Shown here piece by piece: positions 1 to 11,300 of a stretch of 64,000 nucleotides of DNA (the stretch's first letter is position 1; each line of letters starts with the position of its first letter). The notes below the pieces were generated by a model. It did not search any database. It was not told where the DNA came from and saw only the letters and a program-made list of their open reading frames with translations. Made by a program: the position numbers and the translations under genes. The stretch comes from Camelus ferus (lineage: Eukaryota). The stretch lies in NCBI RefSeq assembly GCF_009834535.1, contig NC_045697.1:64482001-64546000 (forward strand), written 5' to 3'.

Positions 1-94
1 TGCTTATGACTATCCACTGCTTAGCCCTCTAACCATCACCCAGAATACTCATCTCAATGATGACAATTCATTGGAAAATATCAGCTACAAGGTG

Positions 95-270
95 GAGCAC
101 TTCACACACATTATCTTACAGAATTTAATAGTCTCAACAACCCTCTGGTTCACATGTCCCCATTTTACAATTGAGGTATTGAGATAAGGGAGCTTAAGTC
201 CAAGGCCAACAGTAAGTGCTGGAGTAGGGATTCAAGTCCAGATTTCGCTGATTCCAAATCTACTCCCTTA
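95..270 (-). mobile_element. MIR SINE remnant
   Basis: cccattttacaattgagg...aaggccaacag...gggattcaagtccagat resembles the reverse complement of the MIR core and tRNA-like head. Confidence 0.7.
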
Positions 271-749
271 GCTTCAGTACTGTCATCTCCATTTGCTAGA
301 ACTTTCTCAGATTTTTTTCGAAAAATTATCCCCTATTGAAGAAGCTAATTTTTTCATACCTTAACTAGCTCTTATGGTGTATGGAAGAGTTCAATGATTT
401 TCTTTGAGCATTTCCCAAATGGTATGCTTTCACATGGTAGTGAATCTGTGACACTGGTGACATAGTTTTGACATGAGTTAAAAATTTGCTTATATCTCTC
501 AAAATTACTTTTGTATTTTTCATTTATTTAGGTGATTTTTTTTTTTCCATTTGCAAGTAGGAATTGTTATACTGGTTAATTTTCAGGATAAAGTGGTTTG
601 AAAAGTTGTAACATTGATATAAAGAAATTTATCAATTAAAAAAGAAAGTAAATTTTCTGGGAAACTGTTTAATCTCTCAGGTAATCATTATGTTGTAGGA
701 CAAAAAGGGTTGTATTTACATTGGCCTAACAGGAATAGGCCACCTTTCA

Positions 750-1150
750 GATCGTGCTCCTAATATCTAACCTATATTTTGCTTTCTTTAGCTTCCAGTC
801 ATTGCTCTTTGTCCTCATGTCTTCTGAGACTATGAGTAATTCCCTTCATTCATTATATTGTTACCCAGGGGGTATTATTTATAGATTGTGAACATGGCTT
901 ACTTTAGTTTTCTCTTTTTGAGACACACAAATTAAGTTTTTTCATTTGTTTCTTGTATCTTTCTGTCTCTCTCTTCTTTTTTTTTTTTTTTTTTAATCCC
1001 TTCTATTCTCTTTTGGGCTTTCTCAGATTATCCTAAATACTTCCTAAACTTTGTGAGGAAGAAATATACAGAAAATTTAAAATGTGGTTTCAGACTGATT
1101 CAACCGGGTAGACAATTACCTTTCTTCTTCCAGTGTTACATCTTTGGCTG
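750..1150 (-). mobile_element. CR1/L3 LINE remnant
   Basis: cctaatatctaaccta...cattgctctttgtcctc...ttttctctttttgag...aaatgtggtttcagac resembles antisense L3 ORF2 3' region; highly diverged. Confidence 0.5.
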
Positions 1151-1528
1151 AGCTATATAGATTGAATTTAAGTCTCTGGCATTAACCACTACTATGTAAA
1201 CGAATTTATTCTGCAAATGCAGTTGGTCACTATAGGACCATTTCAATGCTTTGATATGTAAATTCAACTAGAATCTGATTTAAGTCTTTTAATCTGTAGC
1301 AGTAAGTTCTAAAGCTTTAAGTTTGGTTAGAAATACAATTAATATTTTTGATTACTCGATTATTTTCCAGGCACAGTGCTACTTATTAGGATAAGTAACT
1401 GCAGTTTTGGGTTAATTTTTACTTAGTACAATTTCCTAACAAACTGAGTTCTTATCTTGTTCCACTATACCAGTTGCTTTTAGATTTTAGAAATATGCTC
1501 TTTTACAGAAAGATAAAATTTACTTGAG

Positions 1529-1567
1529 AACATTGCATAATATACAACATTGCATAAAATACAACAT
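1529..1567. repeat. 17-bp tandem duplication (aacattgcataa[t/a]atac)x2
   Basis: Directly visible. Confidence 0.85.
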
Positions 1568-2089
1568 ATTCTGGACTATAGGGACAAAGAACACATTAGG
1601 AACTGAAATCATGAATTCAGTCTGGAAAACCTATTTGTGTGTAGTTTAGAAAGATTTAGGGGCAGGAAATAGGTTTTTGTGTTGTTTTAGGGGGGAAAAA
1701 GACACTCTATTTCTGACAATACATGGACATTCTGCAGAAATCAAATACATTATGAAATAGGAGGTCCAAAAAAAAAACAACCTGGTATTTTAGAAGGGTG
1801 AAATTAGAGCAAGAGAGGGAACTTTGGACAGCAGATGTAAAAGTTCTCAGTTTCTAATCACGTGGAGAAAGGAGTTTGACACTGCTTTCCCTTTACTTTT
1901 CCACTAATTTTATACTTTTTGTCTTTTTTTACTATTCTGCTTCCTAACCCAAATCATTGTCACTAATTCTGTTTTCCTTCAAGAAGATGAACAATATGAA
2001 TAGAATCTCTGACCTAGAAACATGGGACTGTGTGCTCATTTCCCATTTAGTAAAGGTTTGTTGATAATGATGAATGCTATACCCAAGAA

Positions 2090-2950
2090 ATTGGAACACC
2101 AAAATTCTCCATCTGACCACAACCCATGACTCTTTCCCCTCTGTCAGACTCCTACTCCCAGAGAGCCTACTGTTTCATGTCATTGAAACCCATGCTTGGT
2201 CACTCCTTTGTTCTCTAACTCCATTAGCCCCTCCTGGCAGCACTCCTCTCCTAACTCACACTGGACCCCATGATCCATCATTCCAAATACACTCTTGGTA
2301 GCACCTTCTCATCCATCACTCCCTTGACCATCTGCCTCACCTGTCTCACCAGTCTCCAACCCTAACATCCATTTTCTTTCCTTTTGCTCCCAGATTGCCA
2401 AATGCTGTTAGGGAAAATCACATAACTGAGCTGATTGTCTCCATTACAAATTTAATTTTCAACCTCAGCTGGCCCCTTAAATCTGCTCAGCTATCCTTTT
2501 ACTAACACTAATCAACAACTTTTCTCATTTCCCTTAGTGACTATTCCAAATCTTGCCCATATTTCTAAGGCCCTATGCCCCCACCTTGCCCACTTATTCT
2601 CGGCAGGCTGCCAGCTCCCTACTTTACTAGGAAATTAGAAGCCAACCTGTATGAACTCTCTCATCTTCCACATTTTCACCTAGAATTTATCTGTATCTCA
2701 CCTGCTCCTGCTTCTTTCCCCTGTGTGTCAAAGAAAGAAGTATCCTGACACATTTGTAAAGCTAACTCTTCTACCTGGCCTTTGTTTCTAGCTGCTTTTG
2801 TCTAACCTGTACTTTGGCTTGTTAAGTATTTTTTATTGTTTGCATCTATAATTCCTCCCTCTAAACTGACTCCTTTCTTTCATGAATAAATATGTCCAAC
2901 TTTCAACTATTCTTAAAACTAAATAAAACCTGCAACTTACCATCTTTTCC
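2090..2950 (+). mobile_element. L2 LINE ORF2-region remnant
   Basis: C/T-rich; gggaaaatcacataactgagctgattgtctccattacaaattt...cctcagctggccccttaaatctgctcagc...ctactttactaggaaattagaagcc matches L2 consensus. Confidence 0.8.
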
Positions 2951-2959
2951 TTTCCAATT

Positions 2960-3072
2960 TTTAATTCAGTAAAAGTACTGAGCATCTCACATATGTAGGT
3001 ACTGTTATAGCCTCTGAAGATTTACTGGTAAATAAGACCAGGTTCCAGCCCTCATGTAGTTTATAGATTCTT
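2960..3072 (-). mobile_element. L2 3' end remnant
   Basis: attcagtaaaagtactgagcatc...aataagaccaggttccagccctcatgtagttta. Confidence 0.65.
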
Positions 3073-3247
3073 CAAGAGGAGTCTCTATATACTTCCATTT
3101 TATATCCTAAACACTGTACTTGGTGACCTACCCTAGCATTCAATGGGAGGACATTGCTTTTATTGGTGGGTCTGAGACAAAAGCTTTGGGTTTTCCTGAT
3201 TATAGGTTCTTATGCTTCAGTTGCCTTGGAACCTGAGGGAAGGATGC

Positions 3248-3770
3248 TGTGTTAGTTTCCTAGGACTGCCTTAACAAAGTACCAAAAACTGGGTGACTTA
3301 AAACAACAGAAATTTATTGCCTTACAGTTCTGGAGGACAGAAATCTGAAATCAAGATGTCAGCAGGGCTATGTTCTCTTGAACAGTTTGGGAGACAATCC
3401 TTCCTTGCCTCATCTGGCTTCTGGTATTTCTTAAGAATCTCTGAACTTCTGCTTGTAGATGCACCCCTATAAATCTCATGCCATGTTCTCCCTTTGTGAT
3501 TTCATACAATTTTCCATCTATGCATGTCTGTTTCTGTGTCCAAGTTTCCCCTTTTTATAAGGACATCAATTTGGTTTTTTGTTTGTTTGTTTTTATTGAA
3601 GTACAGTCAGTTAGGGCACCAATTTGTACTGGACTACTGTCCACCCCAATAACTTTGTTTTAACTTGATTACCTGTATAAAGACCCTATTTTCAAATAAG
3701 GTCACATTCTGAGCTACTAGAGTTTGGTACTCTAACATATCTATTTTGGGGTTACAATTCAACCAGTATC
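3248..3770 (-). mobile_element. MaLR solo LTR (MLT1C-like)
   Basis: tgtgttagtttcctaggactgcc...gacttaaaacaacagaaatttattgccttacagttctggagg...aataaggtcacattctgag...caattcaacc. Confidence 0.85.
3573..3612 (-). mobile_element. Ultra-short 5'-truncated L1 (tail plus ~20 nt of 3'UTR) inside MLT1
   Basis: T-rich tail plus attgaagtacagtcagtt matches the reverse complement of the L1 end at 25455-25480; TSD aggacatcaattt (3560-3572) / agggcaccaattt (3613-3625). Confidence 0.7.
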
Positions 3771-4109
3771 AGATGCTTTAGACAGAAATGAGACCCTGCT
3801 GCCTCCAGATGAACAGGATTTTCAGATGTTTGGTCTGATGACTGACATGCTTAATACTGGTTATTAAGGCAAAGGGGTATCTTGTCTTAGGTATGTCTTA
3901 AAACTGCCAGTCTATTAATAAAAGTTAATGGAAGAGAACAGGCAGGACCAGTGGGGGCTCGTGTGTCTAAGGATTGAAATTTAGGGTTACAATAGAAGTT
4001 AAAGAACATCCTTCATTTAGGATGCTAAATGAGCACTAAAGTAACAGGACATTTCTTTCCTTTACAGTAGAGGGTAAATGGATTAGAGTAGAAGTTGATC
4101 TGATCAGCT

Positions 4110-4510
4110 TAAAATCTAATTTCCAAGATTCCCTTGCAGCTAGAAGTCTCATGTTACCTTTGTTCTCTTGATTCAGATGCATCTGCTGAGGCCTGGAGAA
4201 GGAAGTAATCCTCTGTAAGTGGTGGTCATCTAGGAGAAGTCAGACCTTCTGTCAACTACAGGGTTCTTTGGCAATGTCTGCAGGGAAGTACCTAGTGTCA
4301 GACGTGCTAAACAGCAGTTAGAAGGAGCAGTTCCATGTGTTGTGGGTGTTTTTGTTTTTGTTTTTGTTTTTCTGGATGCATTATGACTTGCTGCTTTGTT
4401 CTTGGCTCTGAGGCAATCAACACAGGTCTCTGGTTCTCCTAGAGATTTTGTGAACTTTCTATATTCTGATTTTTAAAAATTCTGTTACTTCTAGCAAATT
4501 ACTGTGATTG
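4110..4510 (+). mobile_element. Old ERVL-type LTR remnant (LTR33-like)
   Basis: ttccaagattcccttgcagctag motif typical of LTR33/MLT1J-class LTRs; remainder very diverged. Confidence 0.4.
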
Positions 4511-4663
4511 ATAGAATGTATTAGTAACTTTTCCTTCCTTTTATTCAGCATAGTATCTGGGTATAACAATTCAGTAAACCAGGCCTTTACTTCCTAGCTG
4601 ACTAACCAAAATGTCCCGTGAGTAATGCAGGCAGAAAAATTAGAAAATTATTATTTTCTAGTT

Positions 4664-4897
4664 TAGGGTTTCTCAGTCTTGGCACTAATGATATAATGAT
4701 ATTTTAAGACAAATAACTCTTTGTTATGGCTAACTATCCTGTATATTGGGGGTTGTTTAGAAGCATCCTTAGCCTCTACCCACTAGATAACAGTTGCATC
4801 TCCTCCCAGTTGCGGCAACCCAAAATGAAATATCTCCAGACATTTGCAAGTGTCCTTTGGGAGGCAAAATCACATCACCCCAGCTGAAAACTGCTGT
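4664..4897 (-). mobile_element. MER20 (hAT-Charlie MITE)
   Basis: agggtttctcagtcttggcact...agcatccttagcctctacccactagat...tctccagacatttgcaagtgtcc...ggcaaaatc. Confidence 0.85.
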
Positions 4898-4909
4898 GGA
4901 ATAATTACA

Positions 4910-5110
4910 GCTAAAGCACTTCACATGTAATAAGCATTTTGTTTTCAAAACAGCTATATGAAAAAGATATTACTACTTTCTACATTTTACAGATAAGAAT
5001 CCATGCATAGGGAGTTCACCTCACTTGCACAAGTCACATGAATAAAAATAAGCTGATGGAGGAATATAGCTGATCTAGAGTAAATTATCTGATTTGCTGT
5101 GCTCTACCCG
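4910..5110 (-). mobile_element. MIR SINE remnant
   Basis: cattttacagataagaa...cacttgcacaagtcacatg. Confidence 0.7.
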
Positions 5111-5289
5111 CCTTAGCTCCGTAATGTCATATCAGCACTCACCATTCTCATTAAGCCCTAAGGCGCTTGGTGATCTTGAGATGAAGGGTCACTACTTTAA
5201 TTCTGATTTAAAATTTAAAAAAGCATTTAAGATATTGTATCTGCATGCCATAGAATTTGATATGCCTAAACAGTAATGTCCTATCTTAC

Positions 5290-5880
5290 TTTGCAGTGCA
5301 TCCCGAATTTTGCCTCTAGTTGTTTTCCTAAAATATAATTCTTATCTAGTAACTCTCTCAAAATCTCCTAGTTCTTTTACCTACAAAGTCTTCATTCTTT
5401 ACCATTATATATATGGATCTTTACAATAACCTATACTTCCAGATTCATAGTGTACTGCTTATGTCTCTAGAGCGTAAGTTAAGCACCAGCCACACACGAC
5501 TCCCCACTTTTTCCAATAATACCCCAAGCTATACCAATATTTAAGTAATTCTCCTGTCTAGAACAGCCTCTTTTGTTGTTGTGCCTGGAGATATATTCAT
5601 CCTACAGGTTTTACCCTAATGCTGCCTGCTTGTTAAGATTTGCACTTCTTTACTGCTTAGCTGCAAATGTAACCCCCTGGGTTCCCATGGCATTTTTATA
5701 AATCTTTATTGGAGCATTGGTCATATTGAACTGTAAATATTGGACTTTGCATGTTTGTTTCCACCTGGAGATTATGAGCTAAATAAAGACCCCCATGTAC
5801 CTAATTCTGCAGGTCCTCAGCACTGGGTTGTGAGCCTAGCTCCTAGCCGTTACTCAGAAAAATTAAGTCAATAAATAAAG
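5290..5880 (+). mobile_element. L2 3' region remnant
   Basis: Pyrimidine-rich; ends gattatgagct...ctcagcac...actcagaaaaattaagtcaataaataaa. Confidence 0.6.
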
Positions 5881-6354
5881 TCCCCAGCAACTTATGATAA
5901 TCATCACAGACTAAGCAGAAATGGTCACCATAACTGTAGCTACTAAAATGTTTTTAAAGCATTTGTGGTCCTATCACAGTCTGTCCCTTTTCCATTCCTA
6001 CCTGTTTGCCTCTGAGCACTACAAAAAGTTCAGAATTCCCTGTTTGCTCCTAGCCTAGTGATAAAGTTTCATTCTGGATCTCAGTTAGGTTGATAATTTA
6101 ATGGATAAGTATTAAGCTTTATCAATTTAATAACTCTAAATAATTTAAAGCTCTATAGATTTTCAAATGTATTTATCAATATTTTCTACCTAGATCTGCT
6201 AGACAATATCCCCACTACTCAAATTATTTGGATCATGTGTATGTGATCATTTATTTGAAGTCCAGTGTGTTTATATAAATTGATGCTCTTTTTAAATGAA
6301 ATATAAAAAACTTTAGCTTGCTACCATGTAATTAAAACAAACAGAACCGATGAT

Positions 6355-6580
6355 ACATTGGGGAGAAATAAGTCTTGGACTAGAAATCCGAAGACCAATG
6401 CCTAGTGCTGATTTTCTCAGAAACTATTTGTGAGAGACATCTTGAGAAGGTCACCAAGTTTATCTGACACTTATGTTCTTATCTAAAAATTAGAAATAAT
6501 AATTCTGGTCACTTAACACAGCGGTTAAGAGAATAAACACGAGTGTGCTTAAAATGCAAATAGCTACACTAGCATGAGGT
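6355..6580 (+). mobile_element. MIR SINE remnant
   Basis: ttggactagaaatccgaagacc...cttgagaaggtcacc...gttcttatctaaaaattagaaataataat. Confidence 0.6.
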
Positions 6581-7169
6581 ATTTTCATTGAAAGTATGTC
6601 TTTCAAAAAAACATAACCTCTTACACTTATGTCAATGTTTGTGGTTTGTTCCTTTGGGTGCTAATTGCTGAAACAAGGGCTGATATGTGATAAAGTGTTT
6701 GTATATTATCAGTTATGTCACCTTAAAATGGTGACATTAAAGTTTAAAGAAACCACCAAACACATTACTCAAGGGAGGAGTGGCTAATTAGTTAAGCTAA
6801 AGAAAGATTTTCTTTCAACTTTGGTTTTAGAAGTGCATTTCAGTGATCATTTTCATTTCAAAGTAACTGGCTTTCCTTTGTAGGGATATTTTAGTGTTTA
6901 CAAAGTTTAAAACAGAATCCAGTTGTATTCAAATACTTGCTCTAGCTTTCTTTTCTCATCCAACCATAACAAAGAGCTTCATTATGCTTTGTTTTTATTT
7001 TTGGTTGATTATCTAATAAGCCAAAAATGAAGAGAAGTGATTGATATCATCTCAGCATTTATAACCAGGAGAAGCTGCTTTTTAGAAAACTGGGCTGCTT
7101 CCTGCAAGAATGGTGAACTATTACCTTGGAGCCTTCCCAAGGCCAGAGTTAGATTTTAGCAGTCATGTA

Positions 7170-7245
7170 TTGTTCATTCATTCATTCATTCACTAATTCA
7201 CGTATATTTATTGTGAATATACTAAGTACTGTGTACTACTAGTCC
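7170..7245 (-). mobile_element. L2 3' terminus
   Basis: (ttca)n followed by tatttattg. Confidence 0.6.
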
Positions 7246-8199
7246 TTCATGTCCAGTATTAAAAGAATTTATTATCAATATTTTTTACATTTCACAAAAT
7301 CAGTAGTGTGTTTAATTTTCCAGGTGAGCTTGCATTAAGCTCTTTTCCCATAAACTCTGGGTTACTGAAGATAAATGTAATCTTAAAAGATTTAAAGATT
7401 TTCATAAAAATTTCTTACATTTGTCATTGATTAATAAAACTATGTTTGCTTCATGGGAATAACTACTTTATTCAAATAGTTCAAATGAACTTTTTAAAGA
7501 TACTGAGATCATTCACTCTTTTCTCAAATTTCTTTTAAAAAAAGATGTTACAGATTTGCACGCTCATGATTAAGGATACATTTCTCTTGCAGATGCCCGG
7601 CAGGCACAGAGGGATTTAAAACATGCTCTGAGGAAAAGGGTCCTTTCAGCCCAATATAGAAGCAAGTTAGTAGGTGGCCCAGGCTTCATGTCACTCCCAC
7701 TTACTAAGCCATATGTTGCTCTGGGCAAACCCAGTGGCTCCAAAGATTGTATGTACAAAAATGCCAGGCATATGCCAATTATCATTTCTGAAATATCTCT
7801 GCAATATTTTTATAGGCTTCTGTCTGTCTAATCATTCAAGAAAGAAGATATTTGTTCATTTTCTAGGTGCTTATCTGACTCTGTATCTTTTTAAAAGCTG
7901 TTTTTATAAATATTTAGAGTGATCAAGTATAACAGTTCATAACTTATTACAAAGGATTCCTTCTTACATGATGATTTTCAAAAGGTTCAATTTAATTTTT
8001 TTACCAAAATAGTAAGTCTTAAGTGTACAGCTTTATAAATTTTTACAAAGTGAACACAGCAAAGTTATGGTAATATCTTTCTCTCACCATAGATTGGATT
8101 TATCTGGATCTGATCCTTTACCAATGGAATCATACAGTACATATTTTATTATGTTATTTATTTGCTCAACATTATGATTGTGGAATTGACCCATTTTAT

Positions 8200-8298
8200 T
8201 TTTTTAAATAATTAATTGATTACGTTTTAGACATGGTCTTGGGGATTGAACCCAGGACCTTGTGCATGCTAAGCACCACTTGAGCTATATCCTCTCCC
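8200..8298 (-). mobile_element. tRNA-Ala-derived camelid SINE (Vic-1-like), small internal deletion
   Basis: ggggattgaacccaggaccttgtgcatgctaagcaccacttgagctatatcctctccc; degenerate TSD tgacccattttat/tgatccatattac. Confidence 0.85.
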
Positions 8299-8840
8299 TG
8301 ATCCATATTACTGAAAGTAGTAGTGGTTCATTCATTTCTTCTGCTCTGTATAACATCAATTCAACAATTATTTTCATCCATTTGAGTTGTTTTCAGATGT
8401 TGGCTATGATAAACAATGCTGCTATAAACATCTTTGAAGTCACGTTTTAGTGCACATATGTACTTACACCTGTAGGGTAATGTACGTAAGTGTAGAATTG
8501 TTAGCTCATATGTTCATATGTTCAGCTTTAGTAGATACTGACAATTTTGCAAAGTGATTACAAAATCTCCCACTAGCAGTCTATAGGACTTCCAGCTGTT
8601 CCAGAGACCTCCACTTGCTCCATTTGTTACTGTGTATAAATAAGCCATTCTAGTGTCAGTATAGTTATATCACCTGTGGTTTTAATTTGCATTTACTGAA
8701 TGAATAATGAGGCTAAAAACATTTTTATATCTTCTTGGATATTTAAAAATCTTTTGAGGATTGCTTATTCAAATATTTCCCTATGTTTTCCATTGATTTG
8801 TATCTTTCATTTTTTATTTCTTTGTATGAGCTTGATGTAT

Positions 8841-9031
8841 CAGTGGTGATTGTATCCCCCCAGAGACATTCAGCAATGTCTAGAGACATTTTCCTTTGTC
8901 ACAACTTGGGATGCTGGGATCATCCAATGGGCAGAGGGCAGGGATGCTGCTAAACATCCTATAACAAACAGGATAGCCTACCACTACAAAGAATATCTGG
9001 TCCAAAATGTCAATAGCACCCAGGAACCCTG
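8841..9031 (+). mobile_element. MER20 (hAT-Charlie MITE)
   Basis: cagtggt...gcaatgtctagagacatttt...agggatgctgctaaacatcct...ccaaaatgtcaatagc...aaccctg. Confidence 0.9.
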
Positions 9032-9260
9032 AAATATATATGTGTAAAATTAAAATATAATATATACTGTATTACATTTTTTAAATAAATACTATCTTCC
9101 TCTTTAGACCTTACTTTTTACTTTTAATAGTATGTGATGAATAGAAGTTCTTAAATTAAAGATTTGATTTTTATTTACAGTTAATATTGTTTGTAACTAT
9201 TGAAAAGATCTTTGCCTACTCAAAGATCATGAAGATACTGTTCTTTGATATCTTCTAGAG

Positions 9261-9523
9261 CTGCTTTGTCCAGTACAGTAGCAACTAGTCATATGTGGGT
9301 GTGGAGAAATTGAAATATGCTTAGTCAAAATTAAATATGCTGTAAATGTAAATATACACCAGATTTTGAAGAATTTGTTTGAAAACAAGACTGTAATAAT
9401 CTCTTTATGCTTTTTACATTGACTATACATTGAAATGATAATACTGTGGATAGATGGCATTAAAAATATATGATAAAATCAATTACATACATGGCTTACA
9501 TTATACTTCTATTAAATAGTGCT
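9261..9523 (+). mobile_element. MER33 (hAT-Charlie MITE)
   Basis: ctgctttgtccagtacagtagcaactagtcatatgtgg...tatacaccagattttgaag...; 8-bp hAT-type TSD ttctagag (9253-9260) / ttctagaa (9524-9531). Confidence 0.85.
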
Positions 9524-10309
9524 TTCTAGAAGGTATATTGTTTCACATTTCACATTTTGATAAATAATCTACTCACAACTAATTTTTTAAATTGTATGAA
9601 GCAGAAGTCAAAATACATTTTATATCATCCAAATGACCCAGCACTATATATTAAAAGGAACATCCTTTCCTTACAGCACATCCCTGCCTCCATGGTCATT
9701 ACTGAGCTCTTTATTTTGTTCTGATAACATATTTGTTATTCGCTTACCAAGAGCACACTGTCTTGATTACTTTCCCTTGATATGTGATGGTAAAATTCCC
9801 TCAACTCTATTCTGGATGGCTTGAATTTCCGTGTAAATTTTAAAATCAACTTTTCAAATTTCAAAAAAAAAATGTATGCTAAGGTTCTCACTGAGAATAA
9901 ATTTAACCTATAAATTATATGCAAAGAATCAACATATTAACCACACTGAATCTTCTACAAGAAACGTAGGTATACCCCTCTCTCAATTTATTTGGTTCAT
10001 TAATTTCTCTCATCAATGTGTTCTGTGTAAAGGGCTTGAGAATCTATTCTTAAACTTAGTCCTAGGATATTGATGATTTATGATACTAATAAAAATTTTT
10101 AAATTAATTTTCTAATTGATACTGATACACTATTAATCATTGTATATTGACCTTTTATTGGATGACCTTGATAAATTAAGTTATTAATTCCAAAAGTTTT
10201 CATCTGTAGATTTATTCTTTGGGATTTTCTAAATGCATAAACATGTTTTCTGCAAATAGTGGCAAATATTTCTTTGTTTCCTAAACATGTATCTCTTATT
10301 ACAGTTTCT

Positions 10310-11300
10310 TCTTTTTCCAGTTTTATTGAGAAATAATTGACATACATTACTGTTTAAGTTTAAGGCATACGACATGATGGTTTGATTTACATATATTGTG
10401 AAATGATTACCCCAATAGGTTCAGCTAACATCCATCTTCATATACATATATATATATATATACACACACACACAATAAAAAAGAAAGTAAAAAAGAAAAA
10501 AATTTTCTTCTTCTGATGAGAACTCTAGGATTAACTCTCTCAAATGACTTTTTTATGCATCATGCAGCAGTGATTCTCATCATGTTGTACATTATATACA
10601 TAGTACATTACTTGTTGATCTTGTAACTTTTGTCCATCTTCCTCCAAGTCCTCTTCCCACCACCCTCCATCTCTGGTAACCATAAGTTTGATCTCTTTTT
10701 CTATGAGATTGTGGGTTTGGGTTTTTTTTAAAGTACACAAATAAGTGAGATCATACAGTATTTCTCTGTCTGACTTAATTCAAGGTCCACCCATGTTGTC
10801 CTGAATGGTAGGATTTCCTCAATTTATGGCTGAGTAATATTCCATTACATATATATATATCACAAAATCTTTACCCAATAATCCATCAATGGACACTTAA
10901 GTTGTTTCCATGTCTTGACTATTATAAATAATGCTGCTATGAGCATGAGAGTACAGATATCTTCTCAAGTTAGTATTTTCATTTCCTTGGGATTTACTCC
11001 CAGAAGTAAAATTGCTGTATCATATTGTAGCTCTGTTTTTAATTTTTTGAGGATCTTCCATACTGTTTTCCATAGTGGCTGTGCCAATTTACATCCCACC
11101 AACAGTGCATAAGAGTTCCCTTTTCTCCACATCCTGGCCAGCATTTGTTATCTCTTGTCTTTTTGATTATGGTCATTCTAACATCTGTAAAGGGATATCT
11201 CATAGTGGTCTAACTTGCATTTCCCTAATGACTAGTGATGTTGAGCACTTTTTCATGTACCTGTTGGCCTTTTGTCTATCTTCCTTAGAGAAATATCTTC
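10310..11300 (-). mobile_element. 5'-truncated L1 (L1MA9-like) nested in older L1
   Basis: ttttattgagaaataattgacatac...tgatgagaactctaggattaactctc...gttttccatagtggctgtgccaatttacatcccaccaacagtg; contains a (TA)n(CA)n tract at ~10441-10474. Confidence 0.85.

Noticed and set aside
6715..6737. Small inverted repeat atgtcacc-N7-ggtgacat
   Set aside because: An 8-bp stem is within chance expectation for this length, and there is no supporting context.
7570..7830. Overlapping ORFs and a plus-strand acceptor (tttctcttgcag|) giving DARQAQRDLKHALRKRVLSAQYRSKL...
   Set aside because: No recognisable protein. The middle (ccacttactaagccatatgttgctctgggcaa) resembles a MIR fragment, and the donor is ambiguous.
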